Shown here piece by piece: positions 63,565 to 64,000 of a stretch of DNA of 64,000 nucleotides. The notes beneath the pieces were generated by a model, which saw nothing but the letters and a program-made list of their open reading frames with translations, had not been told where the DNA came from and ran no database searches. The position numbers and the translations under genes were made by a program. Origin of the DNA: a virus (taxonomy: Duplodnaviria > Caudoviricetes); IMG/VR virus record IMGVR_UViG_3300032038_000043, positions 1 to 64,000 of that record; one strand, given 5' to 3'. Within the stretch, counting starts at the first letter, position 1. Each line of letters opens with the position of its first letter.

Positions 63565-64000
63565 GTGCAGTTCGACGAATACTGCCAAGAGTGGTGCGAG
63601 AACCTCAAGTCGATGGGCTCCGTGGAGCCGTCGACGGTCGACGACTACCGAAAGTCGCTCGTCGCGTGGCAAGACCTTGCCAAAATCGAGCTCGAGGACG
63701 TGTCGAGACGCCAAATCGAGGCCTCGATGCGCAAGATGCTGGCCGAAGGGCGCATCCCGAGCACCGTTCGCAAGCGTCTGGTCACCATCAGGCACCTCTT
63801 TGACGACGCCGTGGCCTACGGTGACGTCCAAAGCAACCCTTGCGACGGAATCAGGAGCCCGAAGCAGCGGAAGTCGTGCAAAAACTACCTCCCAGTCGAG
63901 GAAAGGGAGCGTCTGAAGGCCAGAATCGCGTCCTCGAACCTCCAAATCACCGTCGCGGCGGCAATCGCGCTCTATTCTGGGCTCCGAGAGGCCGAAATCT
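63565..64000 (+). CDS. int: tyrosine integrase, 3'-truncated by the window (not in ORF track)
   Basis: MQFDEYCQEW...STVDDY...PSTVRKRL...AVAYGDVQSNPC...ALYSGLREAEI (catalytic Arg box). Confidence 0.93.
   Translation, partial: MQFDEYCQEWCENLKSMGSVEPSTVDDYRKSLVAWQDLAKIELEDVSRRQIEASMRKMLAEGRIPSTVRKRLVTIRHLFDDAVAYGDVQSNPCDGIRSPKQRKSCKNYLPVEERERLKARIASSNLQITVAAAIALYSGLREAEI

Overview
The window is most of the genome of a temperate, HK97-fold, long-tailed (siphovirus-type) phage with high GC. The likely host is an actinobacterium of the Coriobacteriia, inferred from the SSB style, GC and the choline-binding-type endolysin. The + strand (0.6-36.9 kb) carries HNH, terminase, portal, protease, capsid, neck, tail tube, a frameshifted chaperone, a 1916-aa tape measure and minor tail proteins. 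It continues with a ~2125-aa Gly-X-Thr collagen-like fibre immediately followed by two glycosyltransferases (GT8-like and GT2-like), adhesin-like tail proteins, the lysis cassette, a putative structured RNA and two tRNA-Ser genes. The - strand (36.9-63.1 kb) is the early region: a Cro-like HTH gene, a long-variable-arm tRNA with a CAU anticodon, tRNA-Arg(CCU), resolvase, ERF, initiator, DnaC-like loader, SSB, dUTPase, ThyX, and a long array of tiny paralogous genes with conserved junctions. The right end has a complete tRNA-Phe followed by a tyrosine integrase cut by the window edge. The best candidates for new biology are a phage-encoded glycosylated collagen fibre system, a class-II-shaped CAU tRNA, and a junction-conserved mix-and-match gene array. 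All product calls come from motif recognition and synteny; no database search was run.
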